Shown in pieces: positions 28,829 to 38,620 of a stretch of 64,000 nucleotides of DNA. Source of the stretch: a virus. Every line of letters begins with the position of its first letter. Within the stretch, counting starts at the first letter, position 1. The stretch is taken from IMG/VR virus record IMGVR_UViG_3300035703_000046, positions 27,315-91,314 of that record; one strand, written 5' to 3'. The position numbers and the translations under genes are program-made. A model generated the notes under the pieces. The model saw only the letters and a list, made by a program, of their open reading frames with translations. It was not told the origin of the DNA and ran no database searches.

Positions 28829-29854
28829 TCAAAGTCCGACTTGGACACTTGCAGACACAGAAACATTGGCATTTACATCTATAGCTACACTTGGTCCTAC
28901 AAATAAGTTGTCCAATAAAGGCAATGGCTCCCCTACATTATAATTAATAGGAGATATAACAACAGCAGGAGATAATTCTTGAGTATGTGCTCCTAAGCCA
29001 ACATTTAAAAAGCTAAACGTTGATTGCTTTTTATTGGGACCATAAGATAATAAAGATACCCCTACAGATGGAACTACCTCGGCTCTCAACTCAGGAGTCA
29101 CATTAACTCCAATTCCCGTGCCTAAATATAGCTTAGGATTAAACCAAAACTCAGATTCAGAAACTTGCTGTAAAGTTTTAGATTCTTGAATAGAAATTGG
29201 ATATTTTTTACCCTTTACTTCTACTTCGAACTTATTGTGAACTATATAATTTCCTTCTTCGTCCTGGCTAAGCGCAGTAGTGGAATGATAATTTCTTGGA
29301 AAAATTTGTAAACTCCAAGGTTTTTCTTCCCAGGCTTTAAAAGAAGTAGAGCCAAATGGCACTGATAGATTTGAAAAGGGCTCGTTTATTTCTAAAAACT
29401 GCTCGCTTTTTAAATAGTTAAACTTATCAGGATTAATGCAAACACCTTGAACACATGGTACATTTTCTGGCGGTTGAGGACCTGGACGAGGCTTAGTTGA
29501 TGTTGAGGGAATATTTGAAGCATAAAATCCAGGAGTAGAAATTAAAATTTTATTAATAGCAAATAGCTTTGCATTTAAATCTTCAAGATCTTTTTTTATT
29601 GCAGGTATATTTAAATCTTCAAGTGATTGATCTAAATATTCAGAAGTAACATATAAAGATTGACTGCGGACAATTGAATCTTCCAACTCTTTCATTTGAA
29701 GAGACGATGCTGCAATCTTCTTTTGCATTTCTAATGAAGATTCTTTTAAGCTCACTAAAGAGCTAATTAACCAACCACATAAAATTAACAATGCAATTAC
29801 TGCAAATATTAAAATATATTTTGTATTGTTATCTTTTTGCTGTTCCATATTCAC
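28829..29854 (-). CDS. Membrane-anchored protein (N-terminal TM, coiled coil, Pro-rich linker, beta-rich C-terminus); spanin-like candidate
   Basis: YILIFAVIALLILCGWLI TM helix; amphipathic beta pattern ending VSVSASVQVGL. Confidence 0.55.
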   Translation of the reverse strand: MNMEQQKDNNTKYILIFAVIALLILCGWLISSLVSLKESSLEMQKKIAASSLQMKELEDSIVRSQSLYVTSEYLDQSLEDLNIPAIKKDLEDLNAKLFAINKILISTPGFYASNIPSTSTKPRPGPQPPENVPCVQGVCINPDKFNYLKSEQFLEINEPFSNLSVPFGSTSFKAWEEKPWSLQIFPRNYHSTTALSQDEEGNYIVHNKFEVEVKGKKYPISIQESKTLQQVSESEFWFNPKLYLGTGIGVNVTPELRAEVVPSVGVSLLSYGPNKKQSTFSFLNVGLGAHTQELSPAVVISPINYNVGEPLPLLDNLFVGPSVAIDVNANVSVSASVQVGL

Positions 29855-29876
29855 CTAACTAAATATATATCTTGTT

Positions 29877-29913
29877 AAAAAAATAGCTTGCGCAGAAAAC
29901 TACGCAAGCTATT
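29877..29913 (-). terminator. Intrinsic terminator-like hairpin
   Basis: Minus strand AATAGCTTGCGTAG-TTTT-CTGCGCAAGCTATT followed by a T-run. Confidence 0.7.
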
Positions 29914-29931
29914 ATTGATGCAATAATATTA

Positions 29932-30489
29932 TTATTTTCCAGTTGAACCAAAACCGCCAGATCGAGAAGAATTTCGTCTTGTATGCATGAATTTTAATTC
30001 ATTTTTAGTAACTGAGTTAACTATCATATCTTCTCTTCTAACTGGAATAATCTGAGCAATTCGCTCTCCAAAACTAAATGACAAAGACGTTTTAATCAAC
30101 AAAGTAGAATCCGGTAAATATTGAACTGCAAACTTAAGATTATCTGGATATGACTGATCAATTGTTCCATATAATGGATGGCAATGACGTTTAGCGAAGA
30201 CAGAGGACCTTGGAACTAATTGTAACCACCAGCCTTCTGGGCAAAACACATTAAATCCTAAATTGATTAATTTATATTGGCTTGGACTAATAGACATTCC
30301 ATTTGGCTCGGCACATCTAACATCCCAACCAGTATCATCACTATTTGCTTTAGATGGTAAAAACATCTCAGGAGTTATCGGAGCTTCGCTACTGTGTAGC
30401 TTGTTATGTTTTTCACATAAATCTGTTAAATTTTCATCTAATGCAAAATAAAATTCTGGAATTTTTACTGACATATTCTTACCTTTCAA
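29932..30489 (-). CDS. dut: Trimeric dUTPase
   Basis: TGWDV, PRSS, GTIDQSY, ERIAQI, RSGGFGSTGK; the true start may be the second Met (MSVK). Confidence 0.92.
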   Translation of the reverse strand: MKGKNMSVKIPEFYFALDENLTDLCEKHNKLHSSEAPITPEMFLPSKANSDDTGWDVRCAEPNGMSISPSQYKLINLGFNVFCPEGWWLQLVPRSSVFAKRHCHPLYGTIDQSYPDNLKFAVQYLPDSTLLIKTSLSFSFGERIAQIIPVRREDMIVNSVTKNELKFMHTRRNSSRSGGFGSTGK

Positions 30490-30996
30490 TTATCTGTTTC
30501 TTCCTAAATAAAATTTCCAATCATCGTGTACTACCTGCAAACTCTCATATTCATTTATGATAAATCTTTGAGGAGGAGCTGGCTTATTTAATAATTTCAT
30601 TCCAACTTGATCTAAAGTTTTAGATCCCTTTTTACTGTTACATGGCTTGCAGCATGTAACACAATTATCAAAAGAATTGACGCCACCTAAAGCCCTCGGA
30701 ATAACATGATCAATGCTTAATTGAGTAGCAGTGCCAGTAAATCCGCAATATTGACAAATAAAATAATCTCTTTTTAATATTGCTTTTCTATTAAACTTTG
30801 CAATCTTTGGCATCCACCTATTTCGATAAACTAACCTTACTACAGCAGGGTTGTTAAAGAAAGAGTTTATAGTTGAAGAAGATTCTTCCCAACTAGATAA
30901 TACTTCTACTTTTCCCAACCAAAGCATTTTTAAAACTTTGCGTTCCGATATAAAAGATATTGGCTCATAAGAATGACTTAATAACAAAGCATTCAT
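30490..30996 (-). CDS. HNH endonuclease (McrA-like)
   Basis: RDYFICQYCG, IDHVIPRALGG, NCVTCCKPCNSKKG. Confidence 0.92.
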   Translation of the reverse strand: MNALLLSHSYEPISFISERKVLKMLWLGKVEVLSSWEESSSTINSFFNNPAVVRLVYRNRWMPKIAKFNRKAILKRDYFICQYCGFTGTATQLSIDHVIPRALGGVNSFDNCVTCCKPCNSKKGSKTLDQVGMKLLNKPAPPQRFIINEYESLQVVHDDWKFYLGRNR

Positions 30997-31000
30997 AAAA

Positions 31001-31672
31001 TTATGACCCTATAATCCTGCTAATAGAGTCCCTGATATCTTCGCCAGAGCATACTTCATTTCCTATGCATGTCCACCCTGGTCTAGTTCTTCTGGCAAAG
31101 ATTTCAATTTTTTTCATGTCTTCACCTGGGAACATAATATCTAATTGATCTTGTAAATTTTCAGGTTTCTTAGAATGACGCTCATTTTGATGAAAATGAA
31201 CGGTTCTTTGAGATTTATTTTTTAAATGTTTATAAATTTTACCCTTTGTACCAATTAAAGCTACTTCATGACAATTTCTCCACAGTCTACCCATTCCAAA
31301 ACCTAGCATCTCTTGGTAATTAAAAGTATCAAAAATTTGATCAATAGAAGATTTATTATCTAAATTTATATTTTTTAACTTGCTCTTGATAGATTTGAAC
31401 GGATCTTTGACTGTTTTATTCCAAACAATCATTTGTTTATGTTGGAATCCCCATGACTTCAATAAGTCTAAACCCTCTTGCAATAAAGAAGAAGGCGTCC
31501 AAGAAACAATTAGAGCATCATTATCTGATATTTCTGAAATTTTTAACTTTTTTAATTCTTCAAAGTTCAATACGGAATATTGGGAAGATGCTCCTCTAGC
31601 TACTTCAGACATATTCAATTCATCTGAAAAGCTCCAAGGACAGTCTATACAAATTATATTAAACTTATTCAT
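31001..31672 (-). CDS. MT-A70 family adenine methyltransferase (DCPW variant)
   Basis: IDCPW, WGF, GMG..WRNCHE, HSKKPE, IEIFAR..RPGWTCIGNE. Confidence 0.88.
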   Translation of the reverse strand: MNKFNIICIDCPWSFSDELNMSEVARGASSQYSVLNFEELKKLKISEISDNDALIVSWTPSSLLQEGLDLLKSWGFQHKQMIVWNKTVKDPFKSIKSKLKNINLDNKSSIDQIFDTFNYQEMLGFGMGRLWRNCHEVALIGTKGKIYKHLKNKSQRTVHFHQNERHSKKPENLQDQLDIMFPGEDMKKIEIFARRTRPGWTCIGNEVCSGEDIRDSISRIIGS

Positions 31673-32027
31673 TTAGTTCTTTTAAGATGAGGTTTATTTT
31701 TTCAATTGCTAAATCTATTCTGGCTTCTTGAATTTTATTTTCTAATTTTGAAATTTTATCTAGAAATAATTCTTTATTTTTTCTCTCTTTAGAGCATTGA
31801 TTTAGATGTTCAGTTATCGATTCTTTTCTTACATATAATTCTTGCAAAGATTCTATTGGCAATTTATTAAGAGAAGCATCTGAAATTTTTTCATTTAAAA
31901 TTAAATTAACATTTTCATTAGAAATTTTTATTTCTAGTTCCAGTTTCTTTTTCTCATCCATTAACTTTTTAATATTCTTCTTTTTTGTTAGAATTTCTTT
32001 GGATGATTTTGTTTTTATTTTTGCCAT
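31665..32027 (-). CDS. Hypothetical coiled-coil protein
   Basis: 120-aa K/E-rich ORF. Confidence 0.55.
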   Translation of the reverse strand: MAKIKTKSSKEILTKKKNIKKLMDEKKKLELEIKISNENVNLILNEKISDASLNKLPIESLQELYVRKESITEHLNQCSKERKNKELFLDKISKLENKIQEARIDLAIEKINLILKELNE

Positions 32028-32032
32028 AATAA

Positions 32033-32596
32033 TCAGCCTAGCGGCTCCAATTCTAATACTGATTTTTCATCAGTTACATTTATAGGAAAATAATGATCTA
32101 TTTGAGGCTTTTGAGTAGATGCTGGCTTTAAAATATGAACAAAATAATCTCCTGGGGATAAATCTATCTTCCAACGACCATTTTGATCGGTTCGATTTTC
32201 TCCAACTAAAGCCCCTCCCTGAAGACCTTTGTGATCGTAAATTTTCACAGAAGCAAGAACCACATTATTCTGTTTGGAATTTTTGCTTTTAGGGTATTTT
32301 ACCACCTGGCTAACTCGAACTTTATCAGGTTTTGATGATGCTGCAGAATTGTCAACCTGAGGAAATTCAGACTGCTTTTTCTCCTTAGCTGAGATAATGG
32401 TTGGCTCAGGGGGAATGCTTACTGGCTGATTATTTGGCGGATAGCTAGGGCGCAAAGCCATAGATGTATTATTTTTTAACTGATCCAACCTAGAAATAAT
32501 AATTTTATAATTATTATCTACATTGGCGATGTGTAATAATAATTTATCAATTTTATCTTCTAAATCTAATAAAATATCTGTGGCTTTGCGTTCCAT
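32033..32596 (-). CDS. Hypothetical protein: N-terminal coiled coil plus C-terminal prealbumin/carboxypeptidase-regulatory-like beta domain
   Basis: ASVKIY..RTDQNGRWKIDLSPGDYFV pattern. Confidence 0.55.
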   Translation of the reverse strand: MERKATDILLDLEDKIDKLLLHIANVDNNYKIIISRLDQLKNNTSMALRPSYPPNNQPVSIPPEPTIISAKEKKQSEFPQVDNSAASSKPDKVRVSQVVKYPKSKNSKQNNVVLASVKIYDHKGLQGGALVGENRTDQNGRWKIDLSPGDYFVHILKPASTQKPQIDHYFPINVTDEKSVLELEPLG

Positions 32597-32597
32597 A

Positions 32598-33233
32598 TTA
32601 GCTTATATTAATTGAAATAGATATTGGAAGTCTTTTAATAACTAAAATTTTATCAGGATTTAAATTATTTTGAAAAATTAAATCTGCTAATTTAGCTTTT
32701 ATACTTTCTTCATCTGTAGATGAAAAAAGTACTTGATTTTCAGCTATAATAACAATTTCATTCGAAGATAGCTGATCTAAAGAAGTTGGAGGCTCATATT
32801 CTTTTGATTTTTGAGCTGATTCGGAAAAATTATCTTTATTTTTACTAGGATTTGAATTTTCAAAATTAATTTGTTTTTTTGCAGCTTCTTCATAGAGAAT
32901 TTCTAGCTCTTCCGAAGTTAGGTCTTCTCTTATCAAATTATCATCATATACAGGTCTTTCTGATAGCGGCTCATCATAAAATTTTGTTTGCTTGTTCCAG
33001 CCAATATCTTGTTGTCCTACGGAAGGAACTGTGACTTTAGGTGATAGTTGAAGCTCTTTTATTACCTGATTTCTTAAAGTTGCTTGATGCTCAGGTAGGT
33101 CAGTTGCCGCTTCAATTCCTTTAAGCTTTCCTTCTGCCATAAGGCGCTGCCATTCAGGCACATATGGTTCTTGAACCATTTGCGCCCGAACAGCACGAGC
33201 TGGATTCTTAATAAGAAATTCTTTTTTATTCAT
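32598..33233 (-). CDS. Hypothetical protein
   Basis: 211-aa ORF coupled to rpsU. Confidence 0.6.
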   Translation of the reverse strand: MNKKEFLIKNPARAVRAQMVQEPYVPEWQRLMAEGKLKGIEAATDLPEHQATLRNQVIKELQLSPKVTVPSVGQQDIGWNKQTKFYDEPLSERPVYDDNLIREDLTSEELEILYEEAAKKQINFENSNPSKNKDNFSESAQKSKEYEPPTSLDQLSSNEIVIIAENQVLFSSTDEESIKAKLADLIFQNNLNPDKILVIKRLPISISINIS

Positions 33234-33559
33234 TGGCGGTCGTCTGAAGAAGACTTTTTCTTTCTTTCTTCCATCTTCTTATTCTTGCGAGCTTCTTTTC
33301 TGGCTTGGATTTTATCCCATTCTCCACTAAGAATTTGCTGTTCTCGCAATTTAGTTAACATTGCTTTTTGAATAGCTTCTCGCTTTTTTCTTCGCTTTTT
33401 ATCAGAAGGTTTTTCGTATCTCTGTTTTTCTTTATATTCTGAAATAATTTTTTCTTTTTGAATTAAAGACTTAAATTTTCTAAAAGCATCTTCAAAGTCA
33501 TTATCATGAACTTTAACTTCCAACCCTCTAAACTGAAGTAAATCTCCAGGTATTGCCAT
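33230..33559 (-). CDS. rpsU: Ribosomal protein bS21 with C-terminal extension
   Basis: VKVHDNDFEDAFRKFK..EYKEKQRYEKPSDKKRRKKREA. Confidence 0.92.
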   Translation of the reverse strand: MAIPGDLLQFRGLEVKVHDNDFEDAFRKFKSLIQKEKIISEYKEKQRYEKPSDKKRRKKREAIQKAMLTKLREQQILSGEWDKIQARKEARKNKKMEERKKKSSSDDRQ

Positions 33560-33570
33560 GTGGTTTACCC

Positions 33571-35535
33571 TTAACCTTTCTTGAACTTTAATAAATTGTT
33601 ATAAAAATTAATTTGTTTTTCTGTGGGAGATAATTTGCCATCACACTCTTTTCTAGAGCAGACCAAGGTCCAATTTTCTTGAGAGTGATAGGCTCGAAGA
33701 TAACCATTACATTTAGGACAGTTTTGAAAAGCAGTAAATCGATCTTCACTAGCAACTATATCATCATTCTTTTTAGAATAAGTTGATTTATAACTACATT
33801 TTGGAAACGATTTACAATAAACATAATGCGTAGAACCAAAAATATATTCATTGTTTTTGCTATTGCATTTAGGACATGAATTAATCGCATTTTTATTTAC
33901 ATTTTTTTCAACCTTAGATAATTCTTCGGAAAAATCTTTGTAAAAATTACTCAAAAAATCAACATATTCCATGGATCCAGCTTCTATCTTGTCCAAAGAT
34001 TGCTCCATGCTGGCAGTATAATCATAATTCATAAAGCTAAATTTAGAATTTAAATGATTAAAAACTTCTTCGCCAAGAGAGGTTGGTGCCAAGGTTTTAC
34101 CTTTGCTCTCTACGTATTGTCTTTCTTGTATTTTTGAAACTATTGCAGAATAAGTACTAGGTCTTCCAATTCCTCTTCTTTTAAGTTCTTCTAACAAAGT
34201 TTTTTCAGAGAATCTTGAAGGTGGCTTTGTTTGTTTTTCAGAAAGCTTTTCATTATTGATATTGGGAGATTCTCCAACTTCAAGATTAGGCAATATGCTA
34301 TCCGAGGATTTGTCATCGGAATCCTTGAATAAGGATAGCCATCCCTCAAAGTTTAAAATTCTACCGTGAGATTTAAACTCTGATCCGTTTTTTGATTTAA
34401 AAGTGATTGTTGTTGCGTCGTATATTGCTGGTTTTAGCTGAGATGCTAAAAATCTTTTCCAAATTAAATCGTATAATTTCTCTTCATCTTGAGGCAGTCC
34501 TGAACTATCAGGCAAATTATTTATATCAGTGGGTCGAACTGCTTCGTGTGCATCTTGAGCTTCAGCAGAGGCTCCATATAAATTAGGTTTAGATGGAAGA
34601 GCATAATGTTGAGCAGATAAATAATCTCTCGCTTGAGAGATAGCATCATCAGATACCCTAAAAGAATCAGTTCTCATGTAGGTAATTATACCCTTTTCGT
34701 ACAAAGATTGGGCTAATTTCATTGTTTTGGCACTGCCAAATCCCAAAATTGATGAAGAAGATCCCATTAAAGCAGCGGTATCAAATGGAGGAAAGGGATT
34801 TTGCTTTTTTTGAGATTTATCTAAATTAGATACTTTAATTCCTGATTTTAAGGATTCTAATACTTTTTTACCTTTTTCTGCATCAGTAATTTTATCTGAA
34901 TATTTGATTTCAAAATTAATTTTATCTTTTGAGCCATTTGCCGTTACCGTATAATAAGTTTCCGGTTTAAAAGATTCAATTTCTTTCTCTTTTTCTACAA
35001 TCAACTTTAATGCAACAGATTGAGTTCTTCCAGCTGACAAAGAAGTCTTAGACTCTTCTGCCTTTCTTAAATATCCTGAAACTCCAAAACCAACTATACG
35101 GTCAATGATTCTACGAGCTTGTTGGGCATTATAAAGCTGTTCATCAAGTCCTCTAGAAGATTTAATTGATTCAAGAATAGCTTTTTTAGTATATTCTTTA
35201 AATAAGACTCTTTTAATTGGTTTGTTGAATTTTTTTAATTCCTCAGATAAATGCCAAGAAATTGCTTCGCCCTCTCTATCAGGATCGGAAGCGAGCAATA
35301 TTAACTCAGCTTCTTTTGCAGCTTTATTAATATTTTCCATTTGATTTCTTTTATCTTGCAATAAAGAATAATAAGTTTTAAAATTATTTTTAATATCTAC
35401 GCCCCAGGTGGCTTTGGTTGTATCTAAATCAAACATATGACCAAAGCTAGAAAGTATTTTATATTCTTTACCTAAGTATTTTGATAAAGTTTTTGCTTTT
35501 GTTGGAGATTCTACGATAAGTAGTACGCTAGACAT
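33571..35535 (-). CDS. topA: DNA topoisomerase I (type IA)
   Basis: IVESPTKAK, ASDPDREGEAI, SAGRTQS, ITYMRTDS, QDAHEAVRPT, GIGRPSTY, C-terminal Zn ribbons. Confidence 0.97.
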   Translation of the reverse strand: MSSVLLIVESPTKAKTLSKYLGKEYKILSSFGHMFDLDTTKATWGVDIKNNFKTYYSLLQDKRNQMENINKAAKEAELILLASDPDREGEAISWHLSEELKKFNKPIKRVLFKEYTKKAILESIKSSRGLDEQLYNAQQARRIIDRIVGFGVSGYLRKAEESKTSLSAGRTQSVALKLIVEKEKEIESFKPETYYTVTANGSKDKINFEIKYSDKITDAEKGKKVLESLKSGIKVSNLDKSQKKQNPFPPFDTAALMGSSSSILGFGSAKTMKLAQSLYEKGIITYMRTDSFRVSDDAISQARDYLSAQHYALPSKPNLYGASAEAQDAHEAVRPTDINNLPDSSGLPQDEEKLYDLIWKRFLASQLKPAIYDATTITFKSKNGSEFKSHGRILNFEGWLSLFKDSDDKSSDSILPNLEVGESPNINNEKLSEKQTKPPSRFSEKTLLEELKRRGIGRPSTYSAIVSKIQERQYVESKGKTLAPTSLGEEVFNHLNSKFSFMNYDYTASMEQSLDKIEAGSMEYVDFLSNFYKDFSEELSKVEKNVNKNAINSCPKCNSKNNEYIFGSTHYVYCKSFPKCSYKSTYSKKNDDIVASEDRFTAFQNCPKCNGYLRAYHSQENWTLVCSRKECDGKLSPTEKQINFYNNLLKFKKG

Positions 35536-35561
35536 ATGAATTTTTTCCTATATTATTAGAT

Positions 35562-35987
35562 ATGGATGGAATATTAATTAAATATTTCAAACCAACCATC
35601 GACAAACTTGCTTACAGCAAGGAGTTGAATTCTTATCTATTAAATTTACTTGTTACTATTGATAAGTTAGAAAACTTGTCTAAAAACAGTTTAACATTAA
35701 AATATATTGAAGCTCAAAGCAATTATAATTTTAATTTGTATCAATCTTTAGGAGACTGGATATTGTTCTGCCAGGTTAATATGCCAGAGCATTTAAAAAA
35801 TGCAGAAGAAAAATATTACAACGCATTAGCTCAAAACTCCTACTATCATTGTTACATTATGCTAAAACGTCAATGGAAACTATTTGAGGAATTAGCGGAT
35901 ATGTATCCAAATATCGTCAAAGATCTCCGAATTTCAGTGAAAAGGTCTGCTTTTCACGATGCTATTGGCAGTAGAAAATTTTACTAA
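35562..35987 (+). CDS. Conserved-looking hypothetical protein of bacterial type
   Basis: LGDWILF..YY..AQNSY..LFEELAD pattern; divergent from topA. Confidence 0.6.
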   Translation: MDGILIKYFKPTIDKLAYSKELNSYLLNLLVTIDKLENLSKNSLTLKYIEAQSNYNFNLYQSLGDWILFCQVNMPEHLKNAEEKYYNALAQNSYYHCYIMLKRQWKLFEELADMYPNIVKDLRISVKRSAFHDAIGSRKFY

Positions 35988-36773
35988 TTTTGATTTGTCA
36001 TTTTCGGCAACAAAAGCTTCTCTGGAATTTGCTTCAAGTATAAGCAATCTTCTGGGGCTGCCAGCATCTAACATCATAAATTTATCATGAAATAATGGAA
36101 TTGGTCCGTTATGTCCAGAAATTATTGTTTTTTGCCAGGGCAATGACTGATTATTTGCAATTGAATATTTGACAAATTCAAAAAGCTTCCTATCCCAATA
36201 AATAACTTCCGGGGCATGTTTTTCCCATGGAATTTTAGGATTGCCGCCGCCATGAATAAAACAAAAACGATCCGTTTCATAAAAATCTAAGCAATTCATC
36301 ATAAAATCTAAGTGAGATTCTGGAATTAAATTAAATTTTTTTGCAGCAAAAGAGTTTATACTAGATGACATCAAATCAGGTGGCACCTGACCATTTTGCT
36401 TAGCAATATTTAAATATCCAGCTAAAGTCAAATTTCCTCCATTGGCAAGCCACATTTTCCATTGGGCAGCATACTCAACGGGCAAATAATTTGGATATTT
36501 TTCCAACCCCATAAGCAACATATACTCATGATTGCCTTTTAAACAAATAACTTGATCTGGATATTCTTTCTTAAGATCAATTAAAGTTTGAATTACTAGT
36601 GGAGAATCCAAATGACGATCTATATAATCTCCTAAAAATATTAGCATGTCTTTTTTACCACCTTGATTCCTTAATGGTAAAATTCTAACTAAAAATTTTT
36701 CTAAAAGATCTACTGCTCCGTGAATATCAGGAATTACATAAATGCAATTTTGGGAAGGTCTCCACTTGCTCAT
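35934..36773 (-). CDS. PPP-family Ser/Thr metallophosphoesterase
   Basis: DIHG, GDYIDR, GNHE, W..NGG..T, HGG, WDR, SGH. Confidence 0.9.
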   Translation of the reverse strand: MSKWRPSQNCIYVIPDIHGAVDLLEKFLVRILPLRNQGGKKDMLIFLGDYIDRHLDSPLVIQTLIDLKKEYPDQVICLKGNHEYMLLMGLEKYPNYLPVEYAAQWKMWLANGGNLTLAGYLNIAKQNGQVPPDLMSSSINSFAAKKFNLIPESHLDFMMNCLDFYETDRFCFIHGGGNPKIPWEKHAPEVIYWDRKLFEFVKYSIANNQSLPWQKTIISGHNGPIPLFHDKFMMLDAGSPRRLLILEANSREAFVAENDKSKLVKFSTANSIVKSRPFH

Positions 36774-37208
36774 TCATATTCCTATCGATTTCATAGTTTG
36801 CTGCAAAGATTTTAGTTCAGTCCCGAGCAGAGATGATACTTCAATTTTACTGCTATTATAATCAAAGCATAAAACTTCTTCTGAAGAAAGAAATACCGCA
36901 GAAGACTCTTCCCTAAGAACATTTTTTAATGTTTTATGATTGTTTTTAATATGATTAATTACGCCATCTAAAGATGATAGATTGTATTGATTATCTGGTA
37001 GATAAATAGAAAATTTATGAAGTGTTTTACCATTAAAAATGGCAAATTGCATCATTTGAGCGGAAAGAGAATTAAATAGAGAAGTGGAGCTTAAATCATC
37101 CATTTTTGAATGACCTGGCATAAACCAAGGAGGAGCTTCAGATTTATAATTTGAAGCCATATTTTTCATGGAAGAGGCAAGTATTTCATTTAAGTCAAAA
37201 TTTTTCAT
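36774..37208 (-). CDS. Hypothetical protein
   Basis: 144-aa ORF. Confidence 0.55.
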   Translation of the reverse strand: MKNFDLNEILASSMKNMASNYKSEAPPWFMPGHSKMDDLSSTSLFNSLSAQMMQFAIFNGKTLHKFSIYLPDNQYNLSSLDGVINHIKNNHKTLKNVLREESSAVFLSSEEVLCFDYNSSKIEVSSLLGTELKSLQQTMKSIGI

Positions 37209-38617
37209 GATTTTATCTTTCTTTTTTCTTTATTAATAATAAAATACACTTTATCAACTACAGCCCTGCGAATTCTTTGCAAGAAAACTAAAGAGTGCAT
37301 TTCATAATGAGATGCTATTCTAAAATGTTTTACTTGTACCGGAGTTCCCGCAGATAAATTAGTTTTAATTTCATTGAACGTATAATGTTCAACTGAGTCT
37401 AATATATCTTCTCCGTGAGATGAGACAGAGATTAATTTACCAATAAAACATGGTCCATAATCTTTGATTTGCTTGCCTCCAATATAATTTTCTAACGTTT
37501 CATTAGGAATGATTCCATTGTCTTTTACTATCGAAGAGTAAGTTGATATACCTAAAAATAAAGACAATTTAGGATCGCAAGGATCCGTAATTTCATATGA
37601 ATTTTTTCCCTTAACGATATTAAATGGCAAGTAGTTCAACATCAAATCTGCATATTCTTGAAATATTTGACATTGTAAAGGATACTTTGAAACATTTTTT
37701 TGATGACCAAGATACATAGTCATTTCATAGGGCAATTTATCTAGAAGATTGATAAATGCCTGATACATTAGTTCTTTTTGAACTATTGTTGCCGTTGTAG
37801 CCGTATTGTGAAGTGATTTTTGCTGCTGAATTAAGGTGTCTTTGATTAGAAAGAATTGCTGCTCAAGATCTTGGCTTAAGATAAATTCTTCCTGCTCGGT
37901 AATGGAAGAACTTGATAAAAATTTTTCTAAAGAAGAATCATTATCTGATGAGATTTTATCATTTAATGATTTTATATCCCTAGAAGTAAGCGCAACAGGA
38001 TGAGACCCTGGACAATATTCTGATTTAAAACCTATAAATCCGCATGTATAAGGACATGGAAAAATACCATTATCAAAAGCAGAATCAGGAATCCATTTTT
38101 TACAATCTGGACACCTGACACCTTTTTTAGAATGATTGCTAAAAATTTTTCTTAGTTCAATTTTATTTGAAGATTGTTGTGAATTTGCAGATGTAAAATT
38201 ATCACAAACTTCACTACATCGTTTACAATGATACAGTCCATTTTTAACAGACAAAAATTCTTTATGTTTATCCGTCTTACACAGCGGACAAACTGGCTTA
38301 TTTACCAACTCATTAGTAGAATTTTCAATTAATTTTTCTGATTTTAAATTAGATAATGTTTTAATTAAGTAATGATGTAAATTTATATTATTTTGCCAAT
38401 GCTTTTTCTTAAAAAGAAAAGTGGTAACTGCCTGGCTAATTGATTGTTTTGCATTTGCTTCAAATGCACTTTGAGCTAAGCGATCACTTTGTTTGGCTGC
38501 AATAGAAAAATTTCTAATTACAGGGAGATATTTAATGTGTAATTCTGGCAAAATCCAGGAAAGGTCAGATTCCGATAGGCTTGGGGCTTGTTGACTGATA
38601 GTTTGAATGATATCCAT
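37205..38617 (-). CDS. Uncharacterised 470-aa protein with four Cys pairs; weak sigma-factor-like segment
   Basis: CPLC, CKRC, CPDC, CPYTC; KSLNDKISSDNDSSLEKFL. Confidence 0.6.
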   Translation of the reverse strand: MDIIQTISQQAPSLSESDLSWILPELHIKYLPVIRNFSIAAKQSDRLAQSAFEANAKQSISQAVTTFLFKKKHWQNNINLHHYLIKTLSNLKSEKLIENSTNELVNKPVCPLCKTDKHKEFLSVKNGLYHCKRCSEVCDNFTSANSQQSSNKIELRKIFSNHSKKGVRCPDCKKWIPDSAFDNGIFPCPYTCGFIGFKSEYCPGSHPVALTSRDIKSLNDKISSDNDSSLEKFLSSSSITEQEEFILSQDLEQQFFLIKDTLIQQQKSLHNTATTATIVQKELMYQAFINLLDKLPYEMTMYLGHQKNVSKYPLQCQIFQEYADLMLNYLPFNIVKGKNSYEITDPCDPKLSLFLGISTYSSIVKDNGIIPNETLENYIGGKQIKDYGPCFIGKLISVSSHGEDILDSVEHYTFNEIKTNLSAGTPVQVKHFRIASHYEMHSLVFLQRIRRAVVDKVYFIINKEKRKIKS

Positions 38618-38620
38618 AAA

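Noticed and set aside
10056-35535. Inteins or introns in recA, dnaE and topA
   Set aside because: Lengths and motif spacing are normal; no intein splice motifs or interrupted frames seen.
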